64,000 nucleotides of DNA. Origin: Piromyces finnis finn (Eukaryota > Fungi > Neocallimastigomycota). The translations under genes were made by a program, and so were the position numbers. Shown here piece after piece: positions 54,961 through 64,000 of the stretch; the stretch's first letter is position 1, and the number at the start of each line of letters is the position of its first letter. The notes beneath the pieces are model-generated. The model made no database searches and was not told where the DNA came from. It saw only the letters and a list, made by a program, of their open reading frames with translations. The DNA is taken from NCBI GenBank assembly GCA_002104945.1, contig MCFH01000005.1, positions 372,001 through 436,000 of the forward strand, read 5' to 3'.

Positions 54961-55440
54961 GTTTTAATATTGGTTTTTCTTATATAAGCTTTACATTTCC
55001 TTTTCAATTTACATAAAGCTTAAAAAAAAGACATTAAATGAGTAGAAATTTTTTATTATTTAGATAAAAAAAATAAAGATAATGTTAAATAAAATGTAAA
55101 AGATCAATAAGTTAATATTTCTTTTAATAGGAATTATTTCAATTACTGAATAGATTTTAAGTCTAAAGTCATTTATATTGTTATTTACCATAAAGTTAAA
55201 GTTTTAATATTGGTTTTTCTTATATAAGCTTTACATTTCCTTTTCAATTTACATAAAGCTTAAAAAAAAGACATTAAATGAGTAGAAATTTTTTATTATT
55301 TAGATAAAAAAAATAAAGATAATGTTAAATAAAATGTAAAAGATCAATAAGTTAATATTTCTTTTAATAGGAATTATTTCAATTACTGAATAGATTTTAA
55401 TTCTAAAGTCATTTATATTGTTATTTACCATAAAGTTAAA
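54961..55440. repeat. Exact-period 240-bp tandem duplication (2 copies, 1 mismatch seen)
   Basis: 54961-55200 equals 55201-55440 except G55161 versus T55401. Confidence 0.93.
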
Positions 55441-57046
55441 AAGTGGTATTTTAAATTAATACAATGAATAGCGAATATATTATTATAAATTAATTAATTT
55501 AACTAATATGGTATAACAATTTATACTAATTAATATATAAATTTTAAAGTTTTGTATATACTTCTATTTGAACTAGAAAAAAAATATCAAAACATATATA
55601 TTATAAATGCAAAAAAAATAGAGAATAATATATGGTGAATTACATTATTAATAGTCTTATTAATATTTAATATATAAAATCTTTAAACAACTATTTTATT
55701 TTTCTATATCAATAAACTTGAATTAAACTGAATAAATTAATTACATATATAACCCCTAAACTTTATTTTAATAATTCCTAAATTAATTATTTAGAAAACA
55801 AAGTATATTCTCCATTTTCAGCTAAAGAATTTTTATTATTAAATAAATTATTAAAATTTTATTATATTTGATAGTAGTAAAAATAAATTATAATATATAA
55901 GAAAATATATCAATAATTTATTTTTTTAAAATATTTTTAAAGTATTAAATAAAAAAAAAAAAAAAACAATTATAATCCTATTTAAAGTTAATTTCTAAAA
56001 AAAAAACTCTAAAGTATCAAAATTAAAATTAAATAATCCAAATAATCCATTTTTTTTTTTACTTAATTTTATAATATTAAAAATTAAGTTTTTTTAAAGA
56101 GTTGTTTTTATATAATTTAACATTGTCTATAAAAAATTTCCTAATGAAACAATGATATGTTTATATTCGTTTACTTTTATTAACAATAGTAATTACTAAA
56201 TTTTATATTAACACATCATATCTTAATTAAAATTAAATGTAATCTACCTCTTTTTTTTACTATAAATTTATTTAAAAAGCTTTATAAAAAAATTTTTATA
56301 AAAAATAAAAATAAAAAAAATATTTATATAATTAAAAATAATTAGAAAAAAATATAAATTAACAATCTTTTTCATCGAATTATAATTAAAATAATACTTA
56401 TAACTTCATCATTTTCATCCAATTATAATTAAAATAATAAAAATTTAAAATAAAATATTATAATAATGTATTTTGATTTGATTGGTAGTTTATTTAATTA
56501 ATTTTAAAAGGCTTACAATTAAATATATTGATTATTTTTACTAATTATAATATTTTGATTATTAGAAATAGGCAAAAAAAAATTAAAGCAAAGAAACAAT
56601 AGTCTTAAAAAAATTATAGTTATTAATATTATTAATACTTTTTTTACTTCTTGTGATTTAAAAGTTGTAATTTTACAACCAAACAGAAAACTATATATGT
56701 TAATTTAAATATTATACAAAATATTATGTATATTAATAATAAAAAAAACTAAAATTACTTTTTTAAATTTAATATTTTTTTATTTTTAATTTTTAAGCAA
56801 TGATTAGGAATAAATAAAATAAAAACCTTTTTTAAATAATATTATTGTTTTTAAATTTAGAAGATAATATTTTTAAATATTTATATAAAATATATCATAA
56901 TTAGTAGTAAATAAAGTTTTTTTATATAAAAATATTATTTATAAATAATCATATTTTTTTAGATAATAATAAATATATTGTTTTGTGTATTTTTTTTAAT
57001 AGCTTTTTATTTAATATATCAACATTTTAAATTTATATAAATTAAG

Positions 57047-57068
57047 CTAACCCTATTATTAGGGTTAG
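57047..57068. other. Palindrome of telomere-type repeats (CTAACCCTA-ttat-TAGGGTTAG)
   Basis: Perfect 9-bp inverted repeat built from TTAGGG/CCCTAA units. Function unknown. Confidence 0.55.
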
Positions 57069-58822
57069 TGTAAATATATTTCAAATAACTATTATTGGTG
57101 AAAAATAAATAACTTAATTATTATAATTACTACAACTGCGCTACTATTACTACTAATTATTTAAATATTTAAATATGGAAAAAAATTAAGCTAATATTTA
57201 TCATAATTTTTTTTTTTATTTTTATATATTAAAGCTTTGTAAATAATCTTTTTCTTTTATTATGTAAAATTCTTTTTAAAAATGAAATTTATGTGTTCTT
57301 TTTTTTAAAGATAACTTCAAAAAGCCACTTAAAATTTTTTTCTTTTTTATTCTTTTATACAATAACAAAAGCTTACTAAAATTCGTAATAAAAAGATTAT
57401 CATTAATTATAATAAAAAAAATAATAAGAAAAGTAAAATAAACATACAACCAAAAAAGTCATTTTTCAAGGATTTAAAAAATTTTGTTTTTTTGTTTTAT
57501 AAAAAAAAACAGGTTTAATAGTTTAAATTTATACATCATCTTTACTAAATTTAAATTTTATTTTTATATAATAATATAATTTATATAATTTTCACATTAT
57601 CTTTTACTTAATCTTATTACATAATGTACTATACATTAATGTATTATTAAATTTATTTTTTTTTTCAAAAATAATTGTACATACAAATGTACTAATAATG
57701 TATTTTTAATCATTTACATTGAATTATATAATTTAATAATAATAAATTAATTTTTTTTTCTTTACTTCTTTACTTTAAAAGGCATCATATAATAATTCAA
57801 CAAGTGTTGTTTTATTTTTTATATCTATATTTTTTATTTATCTTTTATTTTTATTTATTATTCTAGTTGATTATATAAAGTTAGTATTATATATATATTA
57901 AATCATATTATTGTTGTGAATAATTTAAAATTCATTGCTTTTTTTTCCCCTTAAATTGAATACTCAAAATAATCGAAAATTATTGTTCAAATCTAACACA
58001 TAAATTAGTAAAATTATTAAAATTGAATCTGGTCAATATTATCTTGATGAAAATACAAATATTATTTTAAAAAGGAATTTTATAAATTCATTTAATGTTA
58101 ATGTAAAACATAAAAAGAAAATCAATCAAATGAAGATTTTTAAAATTTAAAATTTATTAATGTAGAATCTTAATAATTATGACATTATATAATAATTACA
58201 ATAATAATTACAATATAATAAAGATAGTAGGAATTAAAACATGTTATTTTTATATTATATATATATATCAAATATTTTCTATCCTGCAAAATCTAATTTA
58301 AACAATGAATTCTAAATTATTTTTCAAAATGTTTGATTGTTATATTAAATAAATCTAATTAATTACCAAAGATAAATAGCAATTAATTTAAAAGTTATAA
58401 CCATATTTATATATAAACTAATGGATTATCAATTAAATATCAAGTAAAGAATAAATATTGATTATATAATAATGAATTAAAAAAAAAATTTAATGAAATT
58501 TAACCATGATGTCTTAATACGGTTTTTTTTATCAATATTGCTATAGAGTATTTAATAATCGTTTTTATTTTAATAAATAAATTATATGAACATTTAAAAA
58601 AATCAAGAAGTGATTTAATTAAAATATTATATAAAAAATTGTATACGAAACAGATTATAAAATAGAAATTACTTTTAATTATTCTTGAAAATTTGTATTT
58701 ATTATTGAAAAATTATACTTTTTTGTATTTTTAATAATCTATAATATTTTAATATTTTATATACCTTTAAATTTAATTTATATAGTCCATTTTTAATACG
58801 AAAGTAGTATATAAAAAATAAA

Positions 58823-61800
58823 ATGATTGCTGAAATTCTTGCTAATACCCTTAGTCCTGATCAAGCTATTCGTGAAGAAGCTGTTCGTCAACTCGAAACT
58901 CTTGAAAATGAAAACTTTGTAAGTTTAAATATAGAAATAAACAATTGATTATATTAATAATGATATACTTATTTAATAATATGCTATTTAAATTTTTAAT
59001 TTGAATTTATACTTCATAATACATATTTTAATTAAATTTAGCCAACATATCTTCAATATTTATGTGAAGAATTAGCAAATGAAAATTCTCCTTCACATAT
59101 TAGAACTGTTGCTGGTATTTCTTTAAAAAATACTGTTTCAGCTAGAGTAAATATATAATAATTGAAATATATCTTTTTTATTTAAATAATAATTAATTGT
59201 AATATATTTATAAAATATGATAAATATAAAGGAAATCGCTAGAAAAGAACAAATGGTTCAAAGATGGATTTCATTAAATGAAGAAACCAAACAAAGTGTT
59301 AAATATTTTGTAAGCATAATAATTAATAATATATTTTATAATAGTAGTATATACATACCTTTTTTTTTAATTTTTATAATTAAAATGTAATAAAAATGTA
59401 ATAAAAATATAATAATAATGATATAGGTTTTAAATACTTTAAATTCTGATGATATTAAAGCTGGTTCAACTGCTGCTCAAGTAAAACATCTTAATTTAAT
59501 ATTAATATTTTTATAATTAGTAATATTAAAAAGTATATTTTATTAAATAATATTGATAGGTTATTGCTGCTATTGCTGCTATTGATGTTCCAAGAGATCA
59601 ATGGCCAGATTTAATTCAAATTCTTTTAAAGAATGTTACAGAATCAAATAAATCAAATTTAAAACAAGCATCATTACAAACTATTGGTTATACTTGTGAA
59701 TTAATTGTAAGAATATTTTTTAAATATTTTTGTTGAAGTTATTTATTTATTCATAAAATTTAAACATTATTAAATATTTAAAAAAAAATTATTATATGAT
59801 ATTATAGAATCCAGAAATTTTAGCTTCTCAATCAAATTCTATTCTTACTGCTGTTGTGAATGGTGCTGTTAAGGAAGAACCAAAGTAATTGTTTATTTAT
59901 TTTGTCAACATAATTTTCAATAGAATGTTATATTACAAAATTTATTAATATATTTATTTTGATTTTTTTTTCTATTTATTTCATAATATTATATATATAT
60001 ATATATATATTTGAAAAGTCAAGAGGTCCGTCTTGCAGCTATTCAAGCTCTTACAAATTCATTAGAATTCACAAGAGTTAACTTTGAACAAGAAGTAAGT
60101 ATAAACTTTTTTTGTAATTAAATAGTAGCTGGATTTTAATCATTAAAAATAAATTTATATTAAAAATAAAATAACCATTTTATTAATATTATTTAATTAT
60201 AATAAGACTGAAAGAAATTATATTATGCAAGTTGTTTGTGAAGCTACTCAAAGTGAAAATGAAAATGTTAAGGTTGCTGCTTTTGAATGTCTTGTTAGAA
60301 TTATGCAATTATACTATGAAAAGATGGAATTCTATATGCAAAAGGCTTTATATGGTGTATGCATATTATTTATTTATTTTTTAATTATTATTAAAACATT
60401 TTCAATATAAATATTTAAACATTTATATTAATGTAAAATATACTTTTATAATTTCAGCTTACTATTATTGGTATGAAGAGTGATGATGAAAAGGTTGCTT
60501 TACAAGCTGTTGAATTTTGGTCTACTGTTTGTGATGAAGAAATTGCTCTTGCTGTTGAAATAGAAGAAGCTCAAATTACTAACAGTGAAGTTCCAGTTTG
60601 TCACTATTTTGCTAAAGCTGCTGTAAATGATTTAGTTCCAACTCTTCTTTTATTATTAACCAAAAAGGTAAAATAATTTTAAAATAAAAAATAATCTAGT
60701 TAAAGTATTAGCATATAAATATATAAATATATAATTACATAATTATTAGGGTATGGATGATGAAGATGATGAATGGAATATTTCTATGGCTGCTGCTACC
60801 TGTTTATCTCTTTTAGCTACATGTGTTGAAGATGATATTGTTGGTCCAGTTCTTCCATTTGTTGAATCTAACATTAACAATGCTGATTGGGTATACAGAG
60901 AAGCTGCAATTATGGCATTTGGTAAATATTTTAATGAATATATTTGTTATGAAATAAATTAATTTTATGTATTAATAAATATGTTATATTAATAATATAT
61001 TTTAATTTATTGTAAAATAGGTTCTATTTTAGAAGGTCCAAACCCAGTTAACTTATATCCATTAGTTAATCAAGTAAGATAAATAGTAATATATCATTTA
61101 ATATAAATTGAAATTAATTATGAATTGTAAAAATGAAATATAGGCACTTCCATTATTAGTTAATTTGATGAAGGATGATATTACTCAAGTTAAAGATACT
61201 ACTGCTTGGACTCTTGGTCGTATTTCTGATGTTTTACCAGATACTCTCAAAAATGAAGCTACATTACATAGTTTAGTTACTGTTGTTACTGAAGGTTTAA
61301 GTGATACTCCAAGAGTTGCTTCTAACTGTTGTTGGGTAATAATAATTTATATTTAAAACTATATTATTTAAATATATTGACTTCTAATTTATTTTTTTCA
61401 AATTTTATATAAAAAGTGTTTAATGAATTTAGCTGAACAACTTGAACCAGAAGATTTAGAAGTTAATATTACCTACCCACTTTCAAAGTACTTTGAAGGT
61501 ATAATTAATGCTTTGTTAAATGCTAGTCAACAAGAACAGTGAGTTTTATTATTATTATTACTATTATTATTTAATCCATAATATAAATGTAATGCATATA
61601 TTTACATAATATTATTAAATTTTTACAATATTGAAATTTTTAGAGCTAATACTGAAATCAACTTCCGTGCATCTATCTATGAAGCTATGTCAACTCTTGT
61701 ATCTCATTGTTCCAAAGACTGTCTTCCAGTTGTTGCTAAATTAACTGAAGTCACTTTACAAAAATTAGATGAAACTATTATGCTTCAAGTATGTTTTTTA

Positions 61801-63571
61801 TCTCTATTTTTTTTTTCTTTTTTTTTTTTTTTTTTGAATATTTAATGTTAATAATATCTTTATTTTAATATGTTAGAATCAAATTGTCAATATTGATGAT
61901 AGATTAGCCCATCATGAACTTCAAGCTAATTTATGTAGCGTTTTAACAGTATGTTTATAAATTATTTTAAACTTATAAAAGAATATGATAAAACTGATTA
62001 ATATTTTTTTATGATAAAAATAGAGTTGTATTAGAAGACTTGATAAAGACATTACTGTTATGTCAGATAAAATCATGACTACTCTTTTAAATATTATTTC
62101 TTCTGCTTCAAAATCATCTACTGTTTTAGAAGATGCTTTCCTTGCCGTTGGTGCTTTAAGTGCTGGTATTTAAAATAAATTATTTTTATTTTAAATATTA
62201 AAAATTATTTATTATTTATGTATAAATTAATTAATTATTTTTATTTTATTCTTATAATGTATAAAATTATAGTTATTGAAGGTGGTTTCAGTAAATATAT
62301 TGAGAGCTTTGTTCCATATCTTAATATTGCTCTTCAAGCTCATGAAGAATATCAAGTATATTGGTTTTTTTTTTTTTAATATTAATATTTAAAAATAAAA
62401 TATATAATTAGTATATATTTTATGTTATAATATTAATGTTGCTATTAAATTATATTATAATTTATAATAGATGTGCTCCATTGCTGTTGGTCTTGTAGGT
62501 GATATTTGTAGAGCTCTTAATGAAGGTGTTATTCCATTTACTGATGAATTTATGAATCATTTACTTGAAGATTTACAAGTATGAATATCATATAATTATA
62601 ATGAAATAAAATTGTTATTTATAATATAATGTTAATAAATTAACTATAAATAGAGCTCAATTCTTCACCGTGATGTCAAGCCTGCTATCCTTTCATGTTT
62701 TGGTGATATTGCTTTAGCTATTGGAAGTAACTTTGTTAATTACTTACAAATTGTTATGGTAGTTTTAAAACAAGCTAGTGGAATGGAAGCTTCACCAGTA
62801 TGTTGAAATATATTAACCTTTGTAAAAAATTAATATTTTTTATTTATTAATTGTTATATATTATATATTTTATATGATTAATTCAAATACAATAACAAAA
62901 GAATGACTATGATATGATTGATTATGTTAATCAATTACGTGAAGGTATTTTAGAAGCCTATGTTGGTATTGTTCAAGGTTTAAAGAGTGGTAACAGTGGT
63001 AAGTATGATGACTTCATATTACAAAAGTTACATAATAAATTATCATTTATATTTATTTATATATTTATTTATTATTATTAATATTATATATTACTTATAA
63101 AGCTGGTGAAATGGCTAGTTATGTTAATGATATATTCGCTTTTATGCATAATATCCATAATGATGTTGAGAAGACCGAAGCTTTAATTAGAGGTATTCTT
63201 GGTTTAATTGGGTAAATATTAATATAGAATATCATATGTATATTTATATAATATTATTATTGAATAGTAGGACTAAATATCTATTATCTAATTAAATAGT
63301 GATTTCGCTGATGCATTCCCTAACGGTGAATTAAATCCATTATTCAATGAACCATGGATTTCTGAAATTATTAGAGAAGGAAAGAGAATGAGAGGTTCTA
63401 TTTCAACAAAGGAAGTTGCTAAATGGGCTAATCAAGTAAATAATATAATATTTTTATATAATAAATTAATTAAATTAATCGAATTTATCGTTAATGAAAA
63501 ACTATTATTTATCTATTTATTATTAATAGATGGTAAAGAGATCTTTACAAGCTGCTTCTGTTTCTTATTAG
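58823..63571 (+). CDS. KAP95: Importin subunit beta-1 (karyopherin beta 1), 23 exons
   Basis: [143 protein letters not shown]. Twenty-two GT-AG introns were traced in frame to TAG at 63569-63571. Confidence 0.96.
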
Positions 63572-64000
63572 GAAAACATTATTTTTAAGATATAAACTAT
63601 ATTATTCAGCAATTTTTTAATTTTTTATTTATAAATTTTTTAATTCTATTTTTAAACATATTTTTAATAATATTCTCTGTTTTTTACTTTAAAAAGTGCA
63701 AAAACAAAGTTATAAACATCATTATTAAGCAACTTATTATTTTTTTTTTTATTTATTTTTTTTTAATACTAATGTTTAAAGAAAGAAAATTATTTTAATA
63801 TTTATTTCTATTTTAATCTGTCAAAAGTAGTTGCTTTACATTTATATATATTCACTTAATAATAACTATTATATTTTTATTCTGGAGATGCGTAATAGTT
63901 GATTAAATCTTTATATATTAAATATATTAAAGATAATTACTTTATTTAGAAATAAAGCATTTTCCTTTCAACGATTTAGTATTAAAAAAAAAAAAAAAAA

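Noticed and set aside
63388-63588. ORF-track C-terminus of importin beta (...GKHYF)
   Set aside because: Reads through the last intron. The phase-0 splice gives [13 protein letters not shown], ending at 63571.

Overview
Extremely AT-rich, intron-rich eukaryotic DNA. Composition, short AT-rich introns and gene content suggest an early-diverging fungus, probably an anaerobic gut fungus (Neocallimastigomycota); this is an inference. I hand-spliced ten protein genes: an Atg38/NRBF2-like MIT protein, a tail-anchored glycogen-binding (CBM48/AMPK1_CBM) protein, an intronless type I membrane protein, CDK1/cdc2, a CDK5RAP3/C53 homolog, a large intronless RhoGAP, a CCR4-family deadenylase with no visible LRR, RPS18, a Myb/SANT-like coiled-coil protein and importin beta (KAP95, 23 exons). 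Two GC-richer non-coding islands absent from the ORF track are a U4 snRNA gene (minus, 17663-17799) and a 5'-truncated tRNA-derived SINE with poly(A) tail and 14-bp target-site duplication (16265-16790). The rest is long AT-rich intergenic DNA with microsatellites, tandem duplications and a few hairpins. Top leads: the SINE, a C53 lacking its ATG8/UFM1-binding disordered region, the CBM48-helix-tail-anchor protein, CDK1 with TTG at the ancestral start, and frequent AAG splice acceptors. No CRISPR, rRNA or intact tRNA was seen. All exon boundaries and homologies were derived by eye, without database searches.
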